Shown: positions 1 through 10,100 of the stretch, piece after piece
Position numbering within the stretch: position 1 is the first letter of the stretch
How the letters are laid out: each line of letters starts with the position of its first letter
Assembly (NCBI GenBank): GCA_038087875.1
Contig: CM075977.1
Coordinates: forward strand, 16,988,001 to 17,052,000
Source of the DNA: Malacoraja senta
Taxonomy: Eukaryota
Reading direction: 5' to 3'
DNA: 64,000 nt
Made by a program: the position numbers and the translations under genes
Notes under the pieces: generated by a model
The model's database searches: none
Seen by the model: only the letters and a program-made list of their open reading frames with translations
What the model was told of the DNA's origin: nothing

Positions 1-729
1 GAGCCCTATCTAGCTCTCTCTTGAAAGTATCCAGAGTACTGGCCTCCACCGCCCTCTGAGGCAGAGAATTCCACAGACTCACAACTCTCTGTGAGAAAAA
101 GTGTTTCCTCGTCTCCCTTCTAAATGGCTTACTCCTTATTCTTTAACTGTGGCCCCTGATTCTGGACTCCCCCAACACCGGGAACATGTTTCCTGCCTAT
201 AGCGTGACCAAACCCTTAATAATCATATGTTTCAATAAGATTCCCTCTCATCCTTCTAAACACCAAGTATACAAGCCCAGCCGCTCCATTCTCTCAGCAT
301 ATGACAGTCCCGCCATCCCGGGAATTAACCTTGTAAACCTACGCTGCACTCCCTCAATAGCAAGATTGTCCTTCCTTAAATTAGGGGACCAAAACTGCAC
401 ACAATACTCCAGGTGTGGTCTTACTAGTGCCCTATACTACTGCAGAAGGACCTCTTTGCTCCTATACTTAACTCCTCTTGTTATAAAGGCCAACATGCCA
501 TTCGCTTTCTTCACTGCCTGCTGTACCTGCATGCTTACTTTTATTGACCTGTGAACAAGGACCCCCAGATCCCGTAGTACTTCCCCTTTTCCCAACTTGA
601 CACCATTTAGATAGTAATCTGCCTTCCTGTTTTTGCTTCCAAAGTGGATAACCTCACATTTATCCACATTAAACTGCATCTGCCATGCATCTGCCCACTC
701 ACCCAACCTGTCCAAGTCACCCTGCATTC
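1..729 (-). mobile_element. CR1 LINE (older subfamily 'B'), 3' part of ORF2; interrupted at ~729 by a younger CR1 and resuming at ~4049
   Basis: Minus-strand translation RMQGDLDRLGEWADAWQMQFNVDKCEVIHFG...AVKKANGMLAFI is CR1 RT C-terminal sequence. The paralogous copy at 14581-14620 reads ...cctgcattctcatagcatcc..., which here is split between 721-729 and 4049-4062. Confidence 0.93.
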
Positions 730-831
730 GTACATAGATACATAGATACATAGAAAATAGGTGCAGGAGTAGGCCATTCGGCCCTTCGAGCCTGCACCGC
801 CATTCAATATGATCATGGCTGATCATCCAAC

Positions 832-3800
832 TCAGTATCCCGTACCTGCCTTCTCTCCATACCCCCTGATCCCTTTAGCCACAAGGGCCACATCTAACTC
901 CCTCTTAAATATAGCCAATGAACTGGCCTCAACTACCCTCTGTGGCAGAGAGTTCCAGAGATTCACCACTCTCTGTGTGAAAAAGTTTTTCCTCATCTCG
1001 GTCCTAAAGGATTTCCCCCTTATCCTTAAGCTGTGACCCCTTGTCCTGGACTTCCCCAACATCGGGAACAATCTTCCTGCATCTAGCCTGTCCAACCCCA
1101 TAAGAATTTTGTACGTTTCTATAAGATCCCCTCTCAATCTCCTAAATTCTAGCGAGTGTAAGCCAAGTCTATCCAGTCTTTCTTCATATGAAAGTCCTGA
1201 CATCCCAGGAATCAGTCTGGTGAACCTTCTCTGCACTCCCTCTATGGCTATAATGTCCTTCCTCAGATTTGGAGACCAAAACTGTACGCAATACTCCAGG
1301 TGTGGTCTCACCAAGACCCTGTACAACTGCAGTAGAACCTCCCTGCTCCTATACTCAAATCCTCCTGCTATGAAGGCCAACATACCATTCGCCTTCTTCA
1401 CTGCCTGCTGCACCTGCATGCCTACTTTCAATGACTGGTGTACCATGACACCCAGGTCTCGCTGCATCTCCCCATTTCCTAATCGGCCACCATTTAGATA
1501 ATAGTCTGCCTTCCCATTTTTGCCACCAAAGTGGACAACCTGACATCTATCTACATTATACTGCATCTGCCAAACATTTGCCCACTCACCCAGCCTATCC
1601 AAGTCACCCTGCAGTCTCCTAGCATCCTCCTCACAGCTAACACTGCCCCCCAGCTTAGTGTCATCCGCAAACTTGGAGATGTTGCTTTCAATTCCCTCGT
1701 CCAGATCATTAATATAAATTGTAAATAGCTGGGGTCCCAGCACTGAGCCTTGCGGTACCCCACTAGTCACTGCCTGCCATTGTGAAAATGACCCGTTTAC
1801 TCCTACTCTTTGCTTCCTGTTTGCCAGCCAGTTCTCTATCCACATCAATACTGAACCCCCAATACCGTGTGATTTAAGTTTGTATCCTAATCTCTTATGT
1901 GGTACCTTGTCGAAAGCCTTCTGAAAGTCCAGATACAACACATCGACTGGTTCTCCCCTATCCACTCTACTAGTTACATCCTCGAAAAATTCTATAAGAT
2001 TCGTCAGACACGATTTACCTTTCGTAAATCCATGCTGACTTTGTCCAATGATTTCACCACTTTCGAAATGTGCTGCTATCCCATCTTTAATAACTGACTC
2101 TAGCAGTTTCCCCACTACCGATGTTAGACTAACTGGTCTGTAATTCCCTGTTTTCTCTCTCCCTCCCTTCTTAAAAAGTGGGGTTACGTTTGCTACCCTC
2201 CAATCCTCAGGAACTACTCCAGAATCTAAAGAGTTTTGAAAAATTATCACTAATGCATCCACTATTTCTGGAGCTACTTCGTTAAGTACTCTGGGATGCA
2301 GCCTATCTGGCCCTGGTGATTTATCGGCCTTTAATCCATTCAATTTACCCAACACCACTTCCCGACTAACCTGGATTTCACTCGGTTCCTCCATCTCCTT
2401 TGACCCGCGGCCCCCTGCTATTTCCGGCAGATTATTTATGTCTTCCTTAGTGAAGACGGAACCAAAGTAGTTATTCAATTGGTCCGCCATATCCTTGTTC
2501 CCCATGATCAATTCACCTGTTTCTGACTGCAAGGGACCTACATTTGTTTTAACTAATCTCTTTCTCTTCACATATCTATAAAAACGTTTGCAGTCAGTTT
2601 TTATGTTCCCTGCCAGTTTCCTTTCATAATCTATTTTCCCTTTCCTAATTAAGCCCTTTGTCCTCCTCTGCTGGTCTCTGAATTTCTCCCAGTCCTCTGG
2701 TATGCTGCATTTTCTGGCTAATTTGTACGCATCATCTTTTGCTTTGATACTATCCCTGATTTCCCTTGTTATCCACGGATGCACTACCTTCCCTGATTTA
2801 TTCTTTTGCCAAACTGGGATGAATAATTTTTGTAGTTCATCCATGCAGTCTTTAAATGCCTTCCATTGCATATCCACCGTCAACCCTTTTAGAACTAATT
2901 GCCAGTCAATCTTGGCCAATTCACGTCTCATACCCTCAAAGTTACCTTTCTTTAAGTTCAGAACCGTTGTTTCTGAATTAACAATGTCACTCTCCATCCT
3001 AATGAAGAACTCAACCATATTATGGTCACTCTTGTCCAAGGGGGCACGCACAACAAGTCTGCTAACTAACCCTTCCTCATTACTCAATACCCAGTCTAGA
3101 ATAGCCTGCTCTCTCGTTGGTTCCTCTACATGTTGGTTTAGATAACTATCCCTCATACATTCCAAGAAATCCTCTTCCTCAGCACCCCTGCCAATTTGAT
3201 TCACCCAATCTATATGTAGATTGAAGTCACCCATTATAACTGTTTTGCCTTTGTTGCACGCATTTCTAATTTCCTGTTTGATGCCATCCCCAACTTCACT
3301 ACTACTGCTAGGTGGCCTGTACACAACACCCACCAGCGTTTTCTGCCCCTTAGTGTTTCGCAGCTCTACCCATACCGATTCCACATCCTCCAAGCTAATG
3401 TTCTTCCTTTCCACTGCGTTAATCTCCTCTCTAACCAGCAACGCTACCCCACCTCCTTTTCCTTTCTCTCTATCCCTCCTGAATATTGAATATCCCTGGA
3501 TGTTCAGCTCCCAGCCTTGGTCACCCTGGAGCCATGTCTCCGTGATCCCAACTATATCATAATCATTAATTGCTATCTGCACGTTCAACTCATCCACCTT
3601 ATTACGAATGCTCCTTGCATTGAGACACAAAGCCTTCAGGCTTGTTTTTACAACGCTCTTACCCCTTATACAATTATGTTGAAAAGTGGCTCTTTTTGAT
3701 TTTTGCCCTGGATTTGTCTGCCTGCCACTTTTACTTTTCACCTTGCTACCTATTGCTTCCGCCCGCATTTTACACCCATCTGTTTCTCTGCTCACCCATT

Positions 3801-3942
3801 TAAGAACCCCACCACCTCTTATTCTCTGTTTATTATTGTTTTCTTCTTTCCCCCCTACATGTTGGGTCTGAGTGCTTTCCTTCTCTGCCTCCTGCCTCAC
3901 ACACTGTCTAATAGCATTCTCTATTTGAGTCCCTCCCCCCAA
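832..3942 (-). CDS. CR1 ORF2: APE-type endonuclease + reverse transcriptase (stop-free; first in-frame ATG at 3768, frame open upstream into the ORF1 end)
   Basis: APE motifs LCLNARS, GITETWL, MGDFN, SDHNMV; RT motifs [41 protein letters not shown]; CR1 C-terminal RTRGHSL...FFTQRVVNLWNSLP. Confidence 0.95.
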   Translation of the reverse strand: MGGGTQIENAIRQCVRQEAEKESTQTQHVGGKEENNNKQRIRGGGVLKWVSRETDGCKMRAEAIGSKVKSKSGRQTNPGQKSKRATFQHNCIRGKSVVKTSLKALCLNARSIRNKVDELNVQIAINDYDIVGITETWLQGDQGWELNIQGYSIFRRDREKGKGGGVALLVREEINAVERKNISLEDVESVWVELRNTKGQKTLVGVVYRPPSSSSEVGDGIKQEIRNACNKGKTVIMGDFNLHIDWVNQIGRGAEEEDFLECMRDSYLNQHVEEPTREQAILDWVLSNEEGLVSRLVVRAPLDKSDHNMVEFFIRMESDIVNSETTVLNLKKGNFEGMRRELAKIDWQLVLKGLTVDMQWKAFKDCMDELQKLFIPVWQKNKSGKVVHPWITREIRDSIKAKDDAYKLARKCSIPEDWEKFRDQQRRTKGLIRKGKIDYERKLAGNIKTDCKRFYRYVKRKRLVKTNVGPLQSETGELIMGNKDMADQLNNYFGSVFTKEDINNLPEIAGGRGSKEMEEPSEIQVSREVVLGKLNGLKADKSPGPDRLHPRVLNEVAPEIVDALVIIFQNSLDSGVVPEDWRVANVTPLFKKGGREKTGNYRPVSLTSVVGKLLESVIKDGIAAHFESGEIIGQSQHGFTKGKSCLTNLIEFFEDVTSRVDRGEPVDVLYLDFQKAFDKVPHKRLGYKLKSHGIGGSVLMWIENWLANRKQRVGVNGSFSQWQAVTSGVPQGSVLGPQLFTIYINDLDEGIESNISKFADDTKLGGSVSCEEDARRLQGDLDRLGEWANVWQMQYNVDRCQVVHFGGKNGKADYYLNGGRLGNGEMQRDLGVMVHQSLKVGMQVQQAVKKANGMLAFIAGGFEYRSREVLLQLYRVLVRPHLEYCVQFWSPNLRKDIIAIEGVQRRFTRLIPGMSGLSYEERLDRLGLHSLEFRRLRGDLIETYKILMGLDRLDAGRLFPMLGKSRTRGHSLRIRGKSFRTEMRKNFFTQRVVNLWNSLPQRVVEASSLAIFKRELDVALVAKGIRGYGEKAGTGY

Positions 3943-3947
3943 CCATT

Positions 3948-4048
3948 CTAGTTTAAAGTCTCCCCAGTAGCCTTTGCAGATCTCCCTGCCAGGATATCGG
4001 TCCCCCTCAGGTTCAAGTGCAACCCATCCTTTTTGTACAGGTCGAACC
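3948..4048 (-). pseudogene. C-terminal remnant of CR1 ORF1 (SGNH-esterase-like)
   Basis: [33 protein letters not shown] contains the DGxH block typical of CR1 ORF1 esterase domains. The ORF-track entry 3948..4274 is a chance fusion with host RT sequence. Confidence 0.8.
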
Positions 4049-5172
4049 TTCTCATAGCATCCTCCTCACAGTTCACACTGCCACCCAGCTTTGTGTCATC
4101 TGCAAATTTGCTAATGTTACTTTGAATCCCTTCATCTAAATCATTGATGTATATTGTAAATAGCTGCGGTCCCAGCACCGAGCCTTGCGGTACCCCACTA
4201 GTCACTGCCTGGAATTCTGAAAGGGACCCGTTATTCCTCTTTCTTTCCTGTCTGCCAACCAATTCTCTATCCATTTCAACACTCTATCCCCAATACCATG
4301 TGCCCTAATTTTGCCCACTTATCTCATATGTGGGACCTTATCAAATGCTTTCTGATAGTCCAGTTACACAACATCCACTGGCTCTCCCTTGTCCATTTTC
4401 CTAGTTACATCCTCAAAAAATTCCAGAAGATTAGTCAAGCATGATTTCCCCTTCGTAAATCCATGCTGACTCAGACCGATCCTGTTACTGCTATCCAAAC
4501 GTTCCGTTATTTCATCTTTTAAGATTACCTCCAGCATCTCTATAATTCCCTGTTTTTCTCTCCCGCCTTTCTTAAAAAGTAGGATAACATTAGCTACCCT
4601 CCAATCCACAGGAACTGATCCTGAATCTATAGAACATTGGAAAATTATCACCAATGCATTCACGATTTCTGGAGCCACTTCCCTGGGGATTCATCAGCCT
4701 TCAGTCCCATCAGTCTACCCAACACCATTTCCTGCCTAATGTGGATTTCCTTCAGTTCCTCGGTCACTCCGGCCACTAGTACATCAGGAAGATTGTTTGT
4801 GTCCTCCTTAGTGAAGACGGATCCAAAGTACCTGTTCAACGCATCTGCCATTTCCTTGTTCCCCATAATAAATTCTACTTTTTCAGTCTTCAAGACTCCA
4901 TCTTTGGTCTTAACTAATTTTTTCCTCTTCATATACCTAAAGAAGCTTTTACTATCTTCCTTTATAGTCTTGGCTAGCTTACCTTCGTACCTCATCTTTT
5001 CTCCCCATATTGCCTTTTTAGTTATCTTCTGTTGCTCTTTAAACATTACCCAACCCTCTTGCTTCCTGCTCATCATTGCTACGTTGTACTTCTTCTCTTT
5101 TATTTTTATACTGTCCCTGACGTCCCTTGTCAGCCACGGTCGCCCCTTACTCCCCTTGGAATCTTTCTTCTT
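4049..5172 (-). mobile_element. CR1 subfamily 'B' continuation (RT and linker region, with deletions and frameshifts), 5'-truncated
   Basis: [39 protein letters not shown] and MGNKEMADALNRYFGSVFT in separate frames; collinear with 14600-15499. Confidence 0.92.
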
Positions 5173-5668
5173 CTTTGGCTCTTGCCATCACTCTGATATA
5201 AGTTAATCTTCGTCTCATCTGCTCATAAGACATTTTTTTCCAGACCTGCTCTTTTAAGTACTTCTTGGCAAACTGTAACCTAGACATCCTATTTATACGG
5301 CTAACCAGTGGTTTGCACCTTGCAGTGTAGCCTCTGTATTTCTGTTCATGAAGTCTTCTGCGGACAGTGGTCATTGTCAAATCCACACCTGACTCCTGAC
5401 GAGTGTTTCTTATCTGTCGGTCAGGTGTTTGGTTTTTTTTCTTTATTATAGAGAAAATTCTTCTGTCATCAGCTGTGGAGGTCTTCCTTGGCCTGCCAGT
5501 CCCTTTGTGATTAGTAATCTCACCAGTGCTCTCTACCTTCTTAATGATGTTCCATACAGTTGATTTTCGTAAGCCTAAGGGTTGGCTGATGGCTCTAACA
5601 GTTTTATTCTTGTTTCTCAGTCTCATAATGGCTTCTTTGACTTTCATTGGCACAACTTTCGTCCTCAT
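5173..5668 (-). pseudogene. Tc1 transposase N-terminal DNA-binding region, frameshifted before the DDE core
   Basis: GRPR motif and HTH_Tnp_Tc3-like segment; the frame shifts near 'KEQVWKK' and the catalytic domain is absent from the window. Confidence 0.85.
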
Positions 5669-6027
5669 GTTGATAAACAGCAATAAAAGTTTCCAAAGGT
5701 GATGGAAAGACTGGAAGAAAGACTAGGTGCTGAGAACTGTCTTATACCTGCATGAAGGAGGCAGTTAAACACATCTGAACAATTATATACGCCTATGAAG
5801 CCATGTGTCCCAAACATTATGGTGCCCTGAAATGGGGGGACTATGAAAAAACACAACTGTAATTTCTACATGGTGAAACCAAAATGTATAAAAATGGCCT
5901 TTAATAGAATCTGACAATGTGCACTTTAACCACATGTAATTTTTTCTATTTCAAATCTCAAATTGTGTAGTCCAGAGGCAAATAAATAAATGATGGGTCT
6001 TTGTCCCAAACATTATGGAGGGCACTG
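5173..6027 (-). mobile_element. Tc1-like DNA transposon, 5' half (left TIR + N-terminal transposase), cut by the CR1 insertion
   Basis: Paired-like HTH translation MRTKVVPMKVKEAIMRL...STVWNIIKK...GRPRKTS...TVRRRLHEQ...RCKPLVS. Minus strand starts TA|CAGTGCCCTCCATAATG (TA at 6028-6029). A 17-bp direct repeat tgtcccaaacattatgg at 5806-5822 and 6002-6018 gives an IR/DR-type TIR. Confidence 0.9.
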
Positions 6028-6869
6028 TATAATTGCAGGCATTTAATTGGAGACAAATCATAGAATAGAATTTATGTTGAGTGTATAGTGTTTGAATTGC
6101 TGTCTTACTCTACCGTGACTACTATTGTCCACAGAAAACCATCCCACATATGCGATCCATGGAATGGATATCACCCAGCTTGCTTTCATTTTTGCTACAA
6201 TTGAAATAATCAAATCGATATAAAGCATATTTCTTTGGACATAGGTAAAAATGCATTTTTCTTCTAGTTGTCCTTTGAACTTTGCTCTATCTGGAATGAT
6301 GGAGAACCCCTTTTTTGAAAAATGTTTTCGTCTTTAAAAAAAACAAAAATGATATTACACAGTGATAGTAACAGCATCATTCTGCATTTTCATAAAGAGT
6401 TCTCAGTGCAGTGACTTCAGGGCATGGGCATTTCCATCCTGTGGCCTTTGTCTAATCAACAAATGCAAGGTTAGTTTTTATACTTTGGTTGAAAATTTTC
6501 TCTGAAATGATAGGTGACTAGGCAAAAAATGTGATTTATATTTTTGCTACAGATCTCAGAGGAGGTGTTTCCTTTTTGAATAAACACTACAATGGAGACT
6601 TGACGTTTGTGTACAAATTAAATTGTTAAAATGAATAAAATAGAAAAAATCATTTCTACTCCACTAAATATGGTTGGTGTTTTTTTAAAGAATTTAACTG
6701 AGATTTAACCAGCCCACAGTTTGCAAAGATGGTATAAACAGTTGAAATATCACACAGATAGAATGTATCAAGTTGTTGTATCAAAAATATATATATATTT
6801 TTAAATCATTGTAGCTTTATCCATCAATAGACTGGGAACACAGGATGAGGTCAGAACAGTGCTTTTCAC

Positions 6870-7085
6870 GAGCTCAGTCTATCCTGGCAGTGACTAAAGT
6901 CTAGTTGGTGTTTCTCTGTGTGCACTATGAAGGAAGGAGCCCTGGGGGCTACTATTGTCTCCTGCCCTGACATTAATCCAATATCTAATTCATCATATAT
7001 ATGGGATCAAACCTGCAATCTTTGTGGTTTTTATGTTTCAACTAATCGCTGCATTACCCAGCTGAGCAATTGGGAGAGCCATAAA
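6870..7085 (-). repeat. Degenerate tRNA-headed SINE remnant
   Basis: Minus strand has an A-box-like gctcagctgggta and a B-box-like gcaggtttgatccca; the rest is highly decayed. Confidence 0.4.
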
Positions 7086-7269
7086 CATAAAATGTTCGCT
7101 CTTTTTCAAACCTCAGTTGTGTGTTATAAAATTACTCATTGCTGCCCAGCTCAGTAAAACACAGCCTAGCCAATTAGAACACAGATCATTTACTTGAATA
7201 GGCATCCTCATCAGGAGAGACTGCATAAATCTGTAATATTGGTTAAAATATAATAAAAGATTAATGGTA

Positions 7270-7765
7270 GTACCATGGAACCATTTGGCCCATCAAGGCA
7301 CTGCCAGCATCGTGCAAGACCAACAGTTAGGCCTGGTTATTTCTCTGTAAACCGGCAATTTTTTGCCATGTATTTATCGAATTAGTTTGCAAAAGCAACA
7401 ATGGAATCTCATTCGTTCATACTTTCAGGCAGTCAATTCAAGACCATAATTACTTCTTGTTTGGGAAAAAATCGTTCACGTGTCTCATTTGGTTCTTTTG
7501 CTAATCATCTAACATCTGTGTATTTGAGTTTCTACTTTGTGAACAATAGAAACTGTTCCTTTTAATTCACTCTATTGAAGTCTTTCACAATTTAGAACAT
7601 TAAATCTCCTCTTGTCCTCTCTGCTCTAAGCTCTCTGCTCAACCCCAGCTTCTCCAGTCAATGCAACTGAAGTCCGCCAGCCTGGGACTATTCCAGTAAA
7701 TAATGTTTGTAGATCCTTCCAGGACTGCAGTGGTTAGAACTGGAAACAATCCTCCAGCAAACCAA
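7270..7765 (-). mobile_element. Old degenerate CR1 3' fragment
   Basis: Decayed motifs ccatttggcccatc, taaatctcctctt...ctctgctctaag, aaccccagcttctccagtc and agaactggaaacaatcctccagc match the CR1 3' region seen in younger copies. Confidence 0.55.
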
Positions 7766-7769
7766 TGTT

Positions 7770-8222
7770 TTATACATCGGTGAGACCAAGCGGAGGCTTG
7801 GCGATCGCTTCGCCAACACCTTCGCTCAGTTCGTAATAACCAACCTGGTCTCCCGGTGGCTCAGCACTTCAACTCCCCTTCCCATTCGGAATCCGACCTT
7901 TCTGTCCTGGACCGCCTCCTGGCCAGAGTGAGTCCCACTGTAAATTGGAGGAGCAGCTCCTCATATTTCGCTTGGGTACTTTACACCCCAGCGGTATGAA
8001 CATTGACTTCTCCATTTTCAGGTAGTCCTTGCTTTATCCCTCTTTCCACTCCCCTTCCCAGCTCTCCCACAGCCTACTGTCTCCGCCTCTTCCTTTCTTC
8101 TTCCCGCCCCACCACGCCCACATCAGTCTGAGGAAGGGTCTCAACCCGAAACATCACCTATTCCTTCGCTCCATAAATTCTGCCTCACCTGCTGAGTTTC
8201 TCCAGCATTTTTTATCTACCTA
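7770..8222 (+). mobile_element. Penelope-like element 3' fragment (GIY-YIG endonuclease C-terminus + pseudo-LTR)
   Basis: Translates (with frameshifts) YIGETKRRLGDRFA.HLRSVRNNQPGLPVAQHFNSPSHS...LEEQLLIFRLGTLHPSGMNIDFS; followed by a pyrimidine-rich UTR and a hammerhead core. Confidence 0.88.
8121..8160 (+). ncRNA. Minimal type-I hammerhead ribozyme-like motif in Penelope pLTR
   Basis: CTGAGGA-A-GGGT(CTCA)ACCC-GAAA-C-ATC fits CUGANGA / stem II / GAAA / NUH. Stems I and III are minimal or decayed. Confidence 0.6.
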
Positions 8223-9279
8223 TAATGTTTTACAGAGGTTACTTTCTTTGCTTTTGCACTCAACGTCATTGGTATATGCAATAAACATGTACTGTGTATA
8301 TAGTATGAGCTGTGTGTTGTGCTCTGCTTAATAGTTGTCAGTTTCATAAGACCATAACTTTTCCATTTATTTAAAGTATACTCTGACAAATCATTTATTT
8401 CATTCCTCTTCAACTAAATTCCTAAATTATAATGGTAAATCATTTATTGAGCAATAAACTTTCAATGCAAATTTAGAACGTGCTAATGAGAAGTTTATAT
8501 TGTAATATATATTATATAGACTAAGTGCAGACCCGTTGGGTCTGCTCCCCCAACGCACCCGTCCCCTACCCGCAGCCCCCATGGGAGGCGTGGTGGGCAG
8601 AGAGGGAGTGGGAGGGGGGCAGAGAGGGAGCGGGGGGGGGAACAGAGATGGAGGGGGGTAGAGTTTGAGCGGTGGGGCGTCGTCACAGGGAAGGGCTGGT
8701 TCCCGAACGCAATACTCCGTTGCTCCCGGCTCCAGGCTCCAGACAGGGCCCGAGTACAGGGGGGAGTGGTCGGGGGGGGGGGGGGAATGATGTCACTTGG
8801 AGCATGAGCAAGAAGACAGCCGTTTCTTTTTTAAAGTTTTTTCAGATTTCTGAACATTTGTGAACAGAGAGAGAGGGGACCTCGGGAGCTCTCGGGACCT
8901 CGGGAACACTCATCACACCCCTTGATATTATATTAATATTTTAATTTTCTTCTTTTATCCCATCTCCACCCTATCCACTGACGAATAGCCCTCACCTCTC
9001 AGGTGCGTCTCGAGGGGGGGGGGTGCAGAGAGAGATAATGTAATGTTAGAAAATAAAAATTGTGAGGTGGGGGAGGAGGAGGGTTGAGAGGAAGGGGGGT
9101 GAGGAAGGTGGGGAGAGAGGAGGGTGAGAGAGGAGAGGGTTGGAGAGAGGAAGAAGAGGATGGGGAGAGAGGTGAAGGGGGTGGGTTGGAGCAGGCGTGC
9201 ATGAGTCAAGCCGCGGGCTGTGAAGAGAGAAGGGCAGAGAGAGAGAGAGAGAGAGAGAGGGGAGAGACAGATAGACTGG

Positions 9280-9490
9280 TACACATAATAAAACTCGAGA
9301 AACACTGCGGGTGCAGCAGCATCTATGGAGTGAAGGAAATAGGCAATGCTTTTGGCCGAAACCCATCAGACGTGTTTTTTCACGAAACGTTGTCTATTTC
9401 CTTTGATTCTTAGATGCTGCTGCACCCGCTGAGGTTATACAGCATTTTTTTTGTGTTCCTTTGATTTTCAACCATCTGCAGTTCTGTCTT
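9280..9490. repeat. Palindrome of two inverted Penelope pLTR fragments
   Basis: gcgggtgcagcagcatcta...aaggaaatagg (9308-9342) is the reverse complement of ctatttcctt...tagatgctgctgcacccgc (9394-9429). Confidence 0.8.
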
Positions 9491-9589
9491 AAAGACAGAG
9501 AGACTGTTGGTGGGCTGTTTTCCCAACGCGTGTTTGCGGGAGGGGGGGGGGCTGCGGCATCACACTCACACTAACCACCCCCCAAACAC

Positions 9590-10100
9590 AGGCGGGGGGA
9601 GGGGTGGAGAGGAAGACGGGGTGGGAGAGAAGAGGGGAGAGGGAGATGGGGTGGGGAGAGAAGAGGAGAGGGGGAGGGAGGGGAGAGGGGGAGGAGGAAA
9701 GGGGAGAGATTGGTGAGGGAGAAGAGAGCAGGGTGGGGGAGAGGGAGGGGGAGGAGAGTGGGGAGTGGGAGGAGAGCGGGGAGGGCAGGAAGGGGGGAGA
9801 GGGGGGGAGGGGATGTTAGAGGTGGAGAGGGGATGAGGGGAAGGGGAGAGGAGTAGGGGGAAGAGAGGGAGAGAGGGAGGGGGGAGGGAGAGAGGTGGGG
9901 GAGGGAGAGGGGAAGAGTGGGGAGTGAGGGGCAGAGGGGTAGCGGGGAGTGGTGCAAGAGAGAGGGGAAGTGGGAGGGGGGAGATTGGGGTGAAGAGGGG
10001 TGGTGGAGGGGGAAGAGAGGGGGTGGGAGTGGAGGGAGGGGGGAGAGGAGAGAGGGGGAAGAGTGGGGATGGAGAGTGGAAGTAGGAGGGGTAGGGACAG
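9590..10100 (+). repeat. G/A-rich polypurine low-complexity tract (also 9060-9275)
   Basis: About 500 bp almost entirely G and A; it explains the Pro/Ser/Leu-rich spurious ORFs. Confidence 0.95.

Larger units (their letters stand above)
730..4048 (-). mobile_element. Young CR1 LINE (subfamily 'A'), 5'-truncated within ORF1, intact ORF2, 3' UTR stem-loop and (TATCTATG)n tail
   Basis: 1036-aa open frame; 3' UTR stem GGTGCAGG...CCTGCACC (760-798); tail repeats catagata x2 + catagaaa at 733-756; ORF1 C-terminus at 3948-4048. Confidence 0.96.

Noticed and set aside
3948-4274. 108-aa ORF joining RT motifs to a DGLH esterase motif as a novel fusion protein
   Set aside because: It is a chance in-frame junction between the host CR1-B RT and the truncated ORF1 of the inserted CR1-A.
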